A stretch of DNA of 62,986 nucleotides, filler included, from Reticulomyxa filosa (GCA_000512085.1; 28 parts of 28 records of this genome joined end to end with filler, not necessarily neighbours in it); one strand, 5' to 3'. Shown: positions 1 to 12,678, counted from the whole stretch's first letter. Made by a program: numbers and translations. Notes: generated by a model from the sequence alone, not told the origin.

Positions 1-1221
1 AAAAAAAAAAAAAAAGATTGATTTATATTTGTGTATGTATATATAATTTTTTTTTAAATAAAAGATCCTCGGTCAATATTGTCAACCACAGACAAAGAAA
101 AATAGAAAAAAAAAAAAAAAAAAAGAGAACAAAATAACAATAGCTGATGATGTATGAGAGAAATTTTAGTTCACAATTTTTTTTCTCTGTTTTATCACTT
201 TTCCCCTTTCCCTCCAAGTTCCTTGTTCAAGAGAGGCTGAAAGAGAAAGAGAGAAGGAAAAAAGAAAAGCAAGGAGGCATTAAAAAAAAAAAGTTACATA
301 TGTACATACATATAAATTATATATAAATGTATATACATATTTATGTATATGTATGTTGGGCATCTTTTCAAAAAAAAAAATGCGGTAGGGAAAACAAAGC
401 AACCAACTAACACAAAAAAAAAAACAAAAAACTTCCTCCCTAACTTGTTTCAAAAAAAAAAAAATAATAATAAATAAAAAAAAAATTAATAAAGAAAAAA
501 AAAAAAGTAAGCATTTCCTTCGCAAAGAACCACAAAACTTCGTGACAAATTGTGAAGTGGGTTCGAGTTGGCAGGGATAGAGCATTCGTTGCTATACATA
601 CAAAGACTGACGTCGGTTTTCATCGACATATTGTCACTATGGCCGAGATTGATTCTTGCGCAATGCTCACCAAGTTGAGTTCGTACTTCCTCACTGGCCG
701 CAATCACTCTTCTTTCTTTGCTATCTTCTATTTTCTCGTTGCTGTTGATAAGCAACAACCCACCAGTCAAACAAACAAGCAATTGCAGCAATAAAAGATA
801 TTTTCCAGTTTCTTTTTCAAGTCTTTTGCTCTTATTATTCGTTACTTTTTTTTTTTTTTTTTTTTTTGAACAAAAGGGGGAGGGAAGGGGTGATATTGTA
901 TACGTAGTTTCCGACTACCTGCATTCTTTTTTTTTTTATGGTGTTTTTTTTTGTCCATGAAAACTCTCATGCCCTTTAAGTTATCAAAAATTCTTGGTAA
1001 AATTAAGTCGATCAAACACAACAACAACAACAAAAAAATGGAGTGTTGGGGTTCGAAATGAAAAATTTCATCCCTTTTTTTTTTTGGTTTGGCAGGGTAA
1101 CTATCTTTTTTTTTTTTCCTTTTTCACTTTTGCCCTTTCCAAATAAAACAAAAGAGCTTTTGATAAGATAGGCACCGTCCAAAGCTACTTAAATCGATCA
1201 CATTCCCAAAAAAAAAAAAAA

Positions 1222-1321
1222 NNNNNNNNNNNNNNNNNNNNNNNNNNNNNNNNNNNNNNNNNNNNTTAATTAATTAANNNNNNNNNNNNNNNNNNNNNNN
1301 NNNNNNNNNNNNNNNNNNNNN
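1222..1321. other. Artificial contig-joining linker (N44-TTAATTAATTAA-N44); first of 27 copies (others start near 7917, 9742, 11163, 12484, 14216, 16238, 17654, 19477, 23361, 25192, 26941, 28722, 30172, 33078, 34618, 36132, 39425, 40613, 42580, 45354, 47140, 48393, 50885, 52777, 57445, 59045)
   Basis: Identical 100-nt spacer whose palindromic core puts stops in all six frames; the sequences on either side are unrelated. Confidence 0.98.
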
Positions 1322-1354
<33 letters not shown>

Positions 1355-1370
1355 AATATGCAAAATTAAC

Positions 1371-1608
1371 CATTTGGTATTTTTCATTGTAACAACAGGC
1401 ACTGGAAGAATAAAAGAAACGCTTGCAACCATTTCGTCTGGCTGCCTCAAGCACCTTCGATGAGACCATCGTGTTGTTGTACATCAACACAGACTCATTC
1501 GATTGAATGAACCCCATTCCGCCCATGTCTGCTGCCAAGTTGTACACATGGTCACAGTCCTTCGTTACGTTCTGACAATTCTAAGAATCCAATCGTTTGA
1601 TTATTTTG

Positions 1609-1640
<32 letters not shown>

Positions 1641-2273
1641 TTTTGTTTCGAAAACTTTGAAAACATTTCAAAAAAAAAAAAAAAGGGGTATAGGAAATGG
1701 CCAAAGCAACATGTGAACTTCACAAAATAAAAGCAATACGCTTATCATCAAAAGGGATATTATTTAGTTAATATACCAAAAAAAAAAAAGCTAAACTTTG
1801 AACAGTCGCAGATCAACCAAATGAAACTCGTTGCAAAACTCATCATTGTCCCAGAATTCGTGTGGCTTCTTATCCGCTGCAATAACGTAATATCCTTCGG
1901 ATTTTAGCCGCTTTGCCAAATGCGAACCAATAAAACCGCCTGCACCCGTTACGCACACTCGGGTTTGCCGGCGCTTTGCTATCCTCACATTTCAAATAAG
2001 TTGGTTACAAGTAGGGAAGGAAAAGGAGACAGCAAGAGAAAAAGAATCATTATGTTAATCATTTTTTTTTTTTTCTCTCATTTTTTTTTATTCCCCTTGC
2101 GATTGCTCATTTGACCACCCATTTCTCATTGATTTTTACCTGGTTCGAATTTTTCCACAAATTCTATCAATGCATCAATCTTGGCAATTAAATCTTCTGC
2201 GGACTAACACGTCAACAAAAAAAAATCAATATAACAACACAGCAAAAACAAAATGCAGGATAAAACTAACCAT
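1371..2273 (-). CDS. GME: GDP-mannose 3,5-epimerase, 5' part (exons 2273-2271, 2203-2140, ~1979-1797, 1580-1371; truncated by contig end)
   Basis: GT-AG splicing gives an in-frame M|SAEDLIAK...EP|AKRRQTRVCVTGAGGFIGSHLAKRLK...DLRLFK|NCQNVTKDCDHVYNLAADMGGMGFIQSNESVLMYNNTM...KRFFYSSSAC. The Rossmann GAGGFIG motif and NLAADMGGMGFIQSN are characteristic of GME. Confidence 0.9.
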
Positions 2274-2560
2274 GATTACGTTAGATGAAAGCGCTTAAAA
2301 TATAGTTGAAAATTGAACTTGTTTTTTTGAACTTGTAAACACTTGCCAATCTTGTTTACCCAAGATAAGGATAACATCCTTTTTAAGTTTCATTTATTAT
2401 TATTATTTTCGAAGTTTACAATCGGTGGAAGATTTTTCTTACTGTAGGGAGATTGAGAGATACTTTGCATTTTTTTTTAATGCCAAAAATACAATATGTA
2501 CAAATTTACCAACAAAGCAAATATTAGAATGAAGTTTAGTTACACTAAAAACGAAACAAA

Positions 2561-5500
2561 TCAAATTTTTCCACCACGTTGTCTTACAAGTAATTTTTCT
2601 TGCTCTGTTAAACCAGTGGCATTCTTCCAAATACTATCTTTCATAGTCAAGCCAAAACTCTGTATACCTACTTTCCAAACACATTTTACTGTACTATTTT
2701 CAGTTATATCTATTATTTTACCATGTTTATTACCCCATAATCGAATTGTTTTATCTTTTGAGTATGACATCATTTTGGAGCCATCTGGTGAAAATTGTAT
2801 ATCGATAATATCTCCATTATGTCCTTCTAACAATTGAATTTGTTGTTTTGAAGATATATCCCATATTCGAATAATGTTATCTTCTAAATAAAAAACAAGT
2901 TTTGAGCCGTCTGGTGAAAATTGTGCCCCTAGTGCATAAGTTGAATATCCATCAAGTACTTGAATTTGTTTTCCAGATGATGCTTCCCATAATCTAACTG
3001 TTTTATCGAGTGAATAAGATAATATGTTAGTACCATCTGGAGAGAATCTAACTCCATTTATGCCAGAAGTGTGTCCTTCCAATAATAAAAGCTGTTGTCC
3101 AGATAAGACATCCCACACACGAAATTTGTTATCTGATGTAGTAAATATGAACTTTGATCCGTCTGGTGAAAATGTACAATCACGTACTAAACCGTCATAT
3201 TTCAGCAATTGAAGTTGTTTTCCAGATGATACATCCCATAATCGAAATGTATTGTCATCAAAATAAGATATAATTTTGGTGCCATCTGGTGAAAATTGCA
3301 CATCACCTGTATATGTTGTATGCCCTTCTAATACTTGAAGTTGTTTTCCAGAAAATACATCCCATATTCGTACTGTACTATCACTAGATGAAGATGCAAC
3401 TTTTGAATTATCTGGCGAAATTGCACTGCATTTATTCTACCTGAATGACCGTTCAATACTTGAAGTTGCTTTCCAGATGACACATCCCATATTTGAATTG
3501 CATTATTACTTGCATAAGATGCAATTTTAGTGCTATCACATGAAAATTGTATCTTAGAATAACCATTTAAATCCACTTCCAATATTTGAATTAATTTTCC
3601 TGATTGCACATCCCACAATCGAATTGTTTTATCCTTTGAGCATGCAATAACTTTGAACCCATCTAATGAAAATCGTGCTCCCATTATCACATCTAAACTT
3701 CCTTCAGTCAATTGAATCTTTCTTTCTAAAGATACCTGCCATATTCGAATTGTCCCGTCTTCTGAACAAGACAAAATTTTAGAATCCTTTGGAAAAAATT
3801 CCATTCCATGTATTTGTCCTGAATGTCCTTCTAATATTTGAAGCTGTTTTCCGGATAATACATCCCATATTCGTATTGTATTATCCAATGAAGTGGATAT
3901 AATCCTAGAATTGTCCGGTGAAAATTTTGCTGCTATTACTTCTTCCGAATGACCTTCTAATAATTGAATTTGTTTTTCAGATGCTAAATCCCATATTCGA
4001 ATTGTTTTTTCTTTTGAATATGACAAAAGTTTTGAGTGATCTGACGATAATTGAATTCCACGTATACTTTCTATATGTCCTTGAAATGTTTGAATTTGTT
4101 GACCTGATAATACATCCCATGTTCGAATAGTTTTATCTTCTGAACAGGATATAATTTTTGATCCATTAGATGTAAATAGAAATCCAGTTAAAACGTCTGA
4201 ATGTCCTTGCAATTTTTGAATTTGCTCACCAGACAATACATCCCATATTCGAATAGTACTATCTGGTAAATATGACATAACTTTAGAGCCATCTGGTGAA
4301 AACTGCAATACTCTTGTCCAATCTGAATGTAACTCAATTAAGTGGATTTGTTTTCCAGATAACACATCCCATATTCGAATTGTCTTATCCAATGCACATG
4401 ATACAATCTTGGAGCCATCTGGTGAAAATTGTGCAGTATTTACTCCTCTTGAATGTCCTTGCAGCAATTGGATTTGTTGTCCTGATATCACGTCCCATAT
4501 TCGAATAGTTTTGTCCCATGAACATGACACAATTTTGGATCCGTCATATGACAGATTTACAGTTGCTATTGATTGTGAATGTCCTTTTAATAATTGAATT
4601 TGTTTACCTGATACTGTATCCCATATTCGAATGGTTTTATCATTTGACCACGATATAATTTTTAATCCATCAGGTGAAAAGTGAATTCCATTTACTCCTC
4701 CAGTATGTCCTTCCAAATACGCATATTCTCCAAAGTATATTCCATCCATTGATGCATTTGTAAAATCGGTTTTATTCAAACAAGTTTGATAAATACGAAC
4801 ATTAGTTAAATTAGCATTAGTAAAGTTTGATCCTTCAAGAAATGCATGATCTAAAATTGCATACGGAATTTTTATATTACTCCAATCTCGATTGTGCATA
4901 TTTACATTTGCTGAATTGAGTACTGTGATTGCATTTGCTGCTGCAATATTAACATTTTTATTATTTTTTGATGATTTAATGATTCGAAATAATCTTGATT
5001 TTAAATTTATAAATAATGGATTATTGTCATGAATTCTCTCTGCAATAAATTGAATAATCCCCAATTCTTCATTTAATAATTTATGATTAATAGATAGTTG
5101 TTCAACATATATTTCAAATTGTTGTTGAAATTGTTGATTATCAATAGTAATAATATTGGGTTTCCATGAAAGAATGTCAAATATAATTTTTTGTGCAGCA
5201 TAATATTCTTGACATGATTTATGTAAAAATTGATATTTGTTATCACCAACTCTTCTCAACACATATTTTGCAATACTATCGCCATTGAAATATTTTCCCC
5301 AAACTAAAGTATTAGCAATTTCGTTGATTGTTTTTGTTTCTTTTTTTTCTTCTGCAACGTTATCACTTTTATTTTCTGTTTCCATTTCTGGATCTAATTT
5401 ACTCCAAATGTCATTATCATGTTGATATTGAAAATCAGGTTCAATTGCAACTTGATTTCCTTGATGAAACATATCGAATCCTAAATTAAGACAATATCGT

Positions 5501-7864
5501 TTTAATGTTGATTTAATTTTGTTAATATTCATTTGAATTCTTAATTCTGCCAATTTGGAAATAATGTTTTGACTATGAATATCAATCCATTGATCATTGA
5601 ATACTTCATAAACTTGTGCTTTTGAAATTCTGCTTCCTGCACCATATTGTTTCACCAACGATGGCAATACACTTAAAATAAGTTGGAGAAGAAATGGCTC
5701 TTCCACCATTTTTTGAAGATTTGGATAATTATTTAATGTCTCTTTGTATTTTTGTGATGTCCAATTATTATCATCTTTCTTTTTATTTTTTGATTTCATA
5801 TTTGCAAATTTTTCGATATAATTATGCATCTGTTGTTTTGTAAATGGCCATAAATACATTGATAATGTTTGATTTTGATTTGTACCAATTAAAGTATTTT
5901 TAATATCTTCATCACTCAATACTTTGCTTCTGCAAGTGATAATAATTTTTGTATTCCATTGATTTAAATTAAAACGATCATAAAAATATTTATAATTATT
6001 ATGAATTTGATTATATTTATCAAATATTTCATCAAAACCATCCATAATAAAAATAAATGATACTTTTTCACGAATTGCATCTATAATTTCTTTGCTAATA
6101 TGTTTACCTTGTAATGATTGTAAAATAATATCTTTTTCATTTTTTATATTATAAATTTTTGGAAAAGAAATATAAACAGGAATAGGCTGTTTTGAATCCT
6201 TTTTATAATTATTCCATAATGTTTCTTCTAAATAACGACAAAATATACTTTTTCCTGACCCTGATTTTCCTTGAATCATCATTACTTTTTTTTGTTCTTC
6301 TTTTTCTTCTTTTTTATCCAAAAATGTAATTACATTCTGATAACAATCAAATGTATCATTTTTTTCATTTTCTTCACCATCAATATGTGGATATTTATTT
6401 GCTTGTAATGGAATATATGTTTCAAGATCTTGTAAAATAGTTATATCTTCTTCCATTTCTTGATTTCTTGATTCTTGTAATAATAATGCAAAATCAGCAC
6501 AACTTGCTGGATTTTTATCTCCAATAATGTATTTTTTATAATATTCATATAAAATCACATAAATTGCTTTTCCTTTTATTTTTTCTGGAATGAATTTGCA
6601 TAATTGTTCATATACAAATTGTGACATTTTTAATATTGCATTATCATTAATTTCTAATTCACTTTTTTTATATATTTGTGGTGGTTTCAATATTCCAATG
6701 TCTAAATGTGATTTATAACGATTTGCTATTTTTTGTATTCCTTTATCATCAATCCATTCACATATAATATCATTCATTTTTGTTAATGTTTCATCACTTG
6801 CTTGCTTTAAATCTTCTTCTTCAACATTCTTTGGTTGCCATGCTCTAATATGTTCATAAAATAAATGACTTAATTTTGGATTCTCAATTATAGTATACCC
6901 TTCTAATGTTGTAAAATTTTTTAATGTTGCTTGCATTTCAATATATACATCATATTTTGGAACATATAATTTAATATTATGAAATCTGTGATGTGTTTCG
7001 ATTGTCTTTCAAAAAAATCTTTATCTTCTGATACAATTAAATTAAATTTTTCTGCTTTCTTCATTACTGCTACTGCTGTTTGCAATTTAGTTGCATTATC
7101 ACATAAAATTGTAAATCTTCCAACATCAAATACTTGATTGTAATCTCCATTATAATCACATTTAATTTTTTCCAATAATCTTACGCTATCTTTTACTTTA
7201 TGTGGTTTTACCACTGTAATCAAATATTTTTGTAATTCAGCCACTAAATTGATAATCTCATTACTTATCATTGCATTTTCACTTCGAGTGATTAAATCTT
7301 CCAAACTTGTTGCATGTTGTCTAATTTTTTTGGCTTTCACTTCATAAGATAATCCTGATTTGATTGGATAAAAGCATTGATAATGATTATCCTTCACAGG
7401 TGTCAAATTATCACTTGAACTAATAGTGTGTTCAGAATTGAAAATCATTGCTTTTACAATAGATGTAACAGTTGATTGTCCACAGTCAGGACAACGACAA
7501 GAGGTTTTATCCGATTTGAATGATACATCTCCAAAACCAATATTTACCCATACTGGTAATTTTGCTTTAGCAGCTAAACAATCCATGTTTGTGCAATAGC
7601 CTTGTAAATTAATTCCAGGTTTTGTTTCTCCAATTTCTACTTTTTCATCTTCTTTTTTTAATTGTTCTGACCTCTGTCCTACTTCAATATGATCTACTCC
7701 ACTTTTATTGTCTTTTAGCTTTTTTTAAAAATAGATATATTTTTAAATGTGTTGAAAGAAATGCAAAGAAAAAAAAGAAAAGGGATAACAATAGTCTTAA
7801 CTTGTTCAGTTTTTTTTCTCTTCAATTGGACTTTGAATAGCAGTCTGTTTATTATTTTGTCCAT
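2561..7864 (-). CDS. NLR-like STAND protein: Cys-rich Zn-binding domain + RelA/SpoT-like nucleotidyltransferase + NACHT-like NTPase + pentapeptide repeats + 16 WD40 repeats (two 1-nt frameshifts in homopolymers)
   Basis: ORFs 6921-7586, 3328-6936 and 2561-3301 join into one frame by adding one base at ~6997 (QSK-THHRFHNIK) and one at ~3419 (VQF-SPDNSK). Walker A GKSGSGKS, Walker B IFIMDGFDE, ANLTN/ASMDG pentapeptides, and 16 GH...WD-type units. The main exon starts at ~7718; a short upstream exon at ~7802-7864 is tentative. Confidence 0.85.
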
Positions 7865-7868
7865 GCAA

Positions 7869-7916
<48 letters not shown>

Positions 7917-8016
7917 NNNNNNNNNNNNNNNNNNNNNNNNNNNNNNNNNNNNNNNNNNNNTTAATTAATTAANNNNNNNNNNNNNNNNNNNNNNNNNNNN
8001 NNNNNNNNNNNNNNNN

Positions 8017-8960
8017 TCAATGTTTGCTACACAAACACGAACTCTTCATTTGTGGAGGCTACAAACAAAGAGCTTGTTATTCTTGTCATATACTCAAAAA
8101 CGAATACAAGTTTATCTGTGAGTATCCAATTGATGTTGAATTATTTGAACAATGTGTAGTGAAACTGGTAGATAACAATAATCAAATCACTTTACTGTCT
8201 TTTGGTGGATATCCTAAACATACATTGGTGATGAAATATGTAAGTGTTTGGAGTAATGGCAGCAATAATGATGACGAAAATGAAAATGAAATGAAATTAA
8301 ACAAATCAAATAATTATAATGAATATGTCCCTTTCACAGACAATCACAATCGTCCAATTATCATTGGAAAAGATAATGGTTATTATAATGGAGCGCGTGC
8401 AGCGATTGGTGGAGTCAACAATCATTTGTTATTTATCACTTATCCAACAAAGAATAACAACAATTTTCAATTTCATCAACTTACCTGCTTGTAATGATAT
8501 TGAATCACTCAGTGAATATGCGTATGTGAGTATCAAGATTCATCTTATTCTTTGGTGGATGGAATTTCTATAACAATTATGCTTTAAAATCAGTGTACGA
8601 GTATTCAATTCGAGAAAACAAATGGATGCACTTGAAAATACTTTACCTAGTCGATTGTTTGGTTGTGCTATAATATTGAATGAAGAATACAATGATATAT
8701 ACACCATTGAAGGAAGAAATAGTAAAAGGACAACAGTATCAACTCACACGAAGACTAAAGTGCGTATATGAGATCATTTACAATTGGAAATAATTTATTT
8801 ATTATTTTTTTATTTTAATGAAACATGAACAAATTTTATTGTAAAATAATAATGAACAGTCAAAAAAATGAAATAAAATATATGATTGAACATTGGATTG
8901 AAACTTTGAAGATAAAATTAGGATGGATCGATGATTTTAATAAAATTATTTTAAATACAG
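8017..8960 (+). pseudogene. Kelch-like beta-propeller family member, decayed
   Basis: ELFICGGY, LLSFGGYPKH and RAAIGGVNNHLLFITY kelch-like GG motifs. The frame breaks after ~8460. The last exon encodes NEIKYMIEHWIETLKIKLGWIDDFNKII. Confidence 0.65.
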
Positions 8961-10715
8961 TGCTTTGGATGAAATAAGAATGAATTATAATGTTATGAAA
9001 AAAATATTCTTGTTTTAAATTGTATCAAAGAAAGTAAAGAAGAATGTTTGATAATGAAAGTTTTTTTAAGCATTAATTCAGTGCATTTTGTCAATCAACT
9101 ACTACGACAAGTAGTTTTTTCTTTATTACGTTAACGTCCATTACATCTAACGAATTATGTGCATTTTTCTCATTTGATCAATTGTTTGTAGAATCAAACA
9201 AATCAGATAATTATCAACAAGCATGTTACATTTTATATTTATGGCTGGGGTATTGTATAACAATATTGAAAATAAGAAAGGAAATTACTCGATGAGTTTT
9301 GATTACAATTTGGTGCAATTGTTCTTTTTTCCCTAATGTACACAATCTATTGGCTGTGGTTTTTATCTTCTTTTTTTATATTAACAATAATCTATTCCAT
9401 ATCCAGAAGAAAAATTTACATTCATATTTGTATGGAATATCAATGAAAAAGTGATTGTGTTTACTTATTCAATCCAAGACAAAACTTGAAATGATTTTTT
9501 ATAAATGTGCACCCTTTTAAAAAACAAAAATTGCACACAAGTGACAAATATCATTTTGAGTTTTCCAAAAATTTTTGAATATTTTGTCGCAAAGCATGAT
9601 CAGGAAAAAGCTCTAAATTTCCATCTGTCATTAAAGAATCATAATTTGGAATACTTTTATATTGATTCATAATTGATGATCGATCATATGTTATTCTATT
9701 CAAAGCAATTACAGGATCCTCCATAATTAAATTTGATAATGNNNNNNNNNNNNNNNNNNNNNNNNNNNNNNNNNNNNNNNNNNNNTTAATTAATTAANNN
9801 NNNNNNNNNNNNNNNNNNNNNNNNNNNNNNNNNNNNNNNNNATCGTTCCGAAAGCTATTTTATCATTCCAACAACAATGAAAAAAGTAATAGAAAACGCG
9901 GGAATATTCTATCTGTTTAGCCACGTTAAAAAAAATTTAAGCTAACCCTCTTACTCAGTTGTTCGACTGTACTAATCAAATGTGCTTGTTGGAGTTGATT
10001 TGTCAATTCTTGAACATCAAATTTTTCTTCTGACATGGCCTTAGATTATTGATATTTTACCCTTTGAAGAACTTTTTGGCCTTGAAACTAGTTGGTACAT
10101 TCAAAAAATTTTGATGCAAAATAATATTAAAACAATGGAAGATAAATAAAAATTGTAAGCGTAAAATGTATCACAAAATTCTGAAATGAAAAACAATTAA
10201 AAATCACTGTCTCCAAAACTGATTTACAATAAATAACAAGATGATGAAAAAGCATTTATTAAATATTTGTTTTTCATGGAGAAATCGATTATCTTAATAA
10301 GTAGCACAAAAGGTGTGACGTTTGCTTTTGCGGAACATATCTTTGATACACAATAGTTTGCAAAAAAAAAGGATAACTTGACGCAAACACTGATAGACTG
10401 AAAAACAATCTAATGATTTTCAATGTTCTACACAGTGTGCAGACCTTAAACAAAAATAAAATTAGTGTATTAAGTATACAGAGGTAGAACCAAACGTAAT
10501 ACGAAAGTTGTTACTGAATAATGTTCAGGAAAGAAAGCGAAAGTATTTAAATAATAAAGAAATGATCAACACACTAAGAAAACAGAAAGGTTAAAAAAGA
10601 TTGGAGGTTGTTTGTCAAATGAAAAGGTTCCCTTATTCCAAGTGGAACTTCTCCTGCAATTAGCAGGGCAGTGTACTACATTAGTAAAACAAAAATTCCG
10701 TAAATTGAATAATTT

Positions 10716-11162
10716 TTATTTTTTTGTCCCAAATAAAGAAAGTAAGAATGGTGTCACGAATGGAGCAAATCCTGCACTCATCTTTTCAGAAGATCCAGAA
10801 AACATAAAATTATTCATTATTAGAATGCTTTTGTTGACTCGTTTAGGTGTTATGCAAATATATGCCCAGCTGTTTGGTTTACATGTCTGCTCATTATGAT
10901 TTTTTGGTCTCCATGTCTGATCATTATGATTTTTTGGCCTCCATATCTGTCCATAATGACTTTTTGGTTTCATTGTCTTTACATTAAAATAGTCTTCGAA
11001 ATATTGTTTGCATTTATTGAACGAGTTATCAATCTTTTGATAATCAATACCTGCAGCAAATTTTTCAACTAGTGACTCAAGTGAGTCAAAATTTGATATT
11101 TTTTCCATACTTTCGCTTATCTTTGAGATAAAAGCAAACAATATTTTATTTCATTTCTTAGA
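10716..11162 (-). CDS. Hypothetical protein fragment with three 10-aa tandem repeats
   Basis: 141-aa ORF near the contig edge containing KPKSHYGQIW-RPKNHNDQTW-RPKNHNEQTC. Confidence 0.35.
10881..10973. repeat. 30-bp tandem repeat, 3 imperfect copies
   Basis: Unit ~CCATGTCTGATCATTATGATTTTTTGGCCT repeated head to tail with no spacers. Confidence 0.85.
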
Positions 11163-11900
11163 NNNNNNNNNNNNNNNNNNNNNNNNNNNNNNNNNNNNNN
11201 NNNNNNTTAATTAATTAANNNNNNNNNNNNNNNNNNNNNNNNNNNNNNNNNNNNNNNNNNNNGAGCAGTTGTTCCACAACATGAAGTGCTTTTACCGCAT
11301 CGTGGGTATTCCTTTCAAAGTGAATACTGAAACGATACGATAAACATATAGTGACAAACTATTTGTTATTTTTTTTGTCAATTGTTCTACGCAACAACGA
11401 AAAAGTAACAGTCTAATTTCTGTACCCAAGATAAATTACAAATTAAAATTTTTTTCAATGCAAAAATAATTACTTGCTACATCTCTTAAAAGTTTGATGC
11501 TAAACCTCTTTTTTGGAGCGAAATGCGCCATAAACTTGCTAAATAAAGAAAAAACAGGACAAGACAAAACAAAAAGAATCTGAGCTAGTTTCACTCACAA
11601 ATGATAAAATTGTGGAAAATGTAAAGGTCAGTTGTGCTATATTGTTTTGCTTGTTCTGTTTTTTTTCTCTTCGACATAAAGAAACAATTTTTTTTTGAGA
11701 CAGCAGATTTCTAAATGTTTGAAATCCTACTTTGAAAACCTTAGTGAAAGATGGAGGCAAACCGGTACTATTGCTGAAGAAGAAGGTAGGAGGGAGGGGG
11801 GGAGGACGAAAAACAAAACAAAGCAAAAAAAAAAAAAAAGAGAGACTAGATGAATAAGAAGAGTAGATAGAATATTTAATAAAGTAAAACTGTACAAAGT

Positions 11901-12409
11901 TTAGGACTGATGCCAATGCAAAGAAAGCTTGTGAATGAGATAAGAGGGCAAATAGTTGAGCCCGTTCATGAGAAGAGCAATGAAGGACAAATAGACAAGA
12001 AAAGGTTGGTCATCAGCGATTTGCAAGCCCAAGCCTTTGGGCATGTATCCGGACATGCCATAGCAAGTGTTAATATTGACAAAAGACAGATAAAACTTTT
12101 GGTCAGTGGTCACGACCAAGTGTTTGGGATCGGCGATGTAGTCTTCGCCGACCATGTGTTTCTCTGCGTCGATCAAGCTTTTGATTACAGCGACGGGTTT
12201 CAGTTCGGGTTTCTGTTCTTCGTTCCGTCGTCTGGCCTTGTCTTGATCTGCGCTGTTGGACACATCAAACAGGTCGTGTGGAACACACTTCAAGTTCGTT
12301 GTTTGCATCGTTTCCATTTGCTTTTTCACGCCCTCGGTCAGCGGATACCACGCGTGTTTCGGCGTCAGCAATCGAGCTATCACCACGAGCGACGTTGCAA
12401 TCACCGCAC
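11901..12409 (-). CDS. Hypothetical protein, last exon
   Basis: GC-richer open frame that begins after a minus-strand TTAG acceptor (~12410) and ends at a stop; no recognisable domain. Confidence 0.45.
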
Positions 12410-12678
12410 CTAAATTCAGTTTTGTTTATTTACATTTACATTTACATTTACATTTGCACATGAACCATTTAATAGTTTAAAAANNNNNNNNNNNNNNNNN
12501 NNNNNNNNNNNNNNNNNNNNNNNNNNNTTAATTAATTAANNNNNNNNNNNNNNNNNNNNNNNNNNNNNNNNNNNNNNNNNNNNTTTTGTTTTTGCTTTAG
12601 TTTGCATCCACTTTGCCCATCTCTTCCTCCTTGTTCCCAGGAAGTTGATGGGCGCACAGAAAAAAAGAGAAAGATTAC

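Noticed and set aside
1-1221. Phe-, Lys- or Tyr/Ile-rich short ORFs here and throughout (e.g. 43771-45320)
   Set aside because: They are translations of poly-A/T and (TA)n tracts in introns and intergenic DNA; a possible exon at ~520-800 could not be assigned.
3410-7000. Programmed ribosomal frameshifting in the NLR-like gene
   Set aside because: Both shifts are single-base losses in short homopolymers, the same error type seen in the bacterial rpoC contig.
10881-10973. CRISPR-like repeat
   Set aside because: The units are contiguous with no unique spacers, there are no cas genes, and the context is eukaryotic.
11910-12413. 167-aa plus-strand ORF exactly antisense to a 167-aa minus-strand ORF
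   Set aside because: Codon-register antisense shadow; only the minus strand has a splice acceptor context. A lipase-like reading of GAVIATSL was too weak to call.
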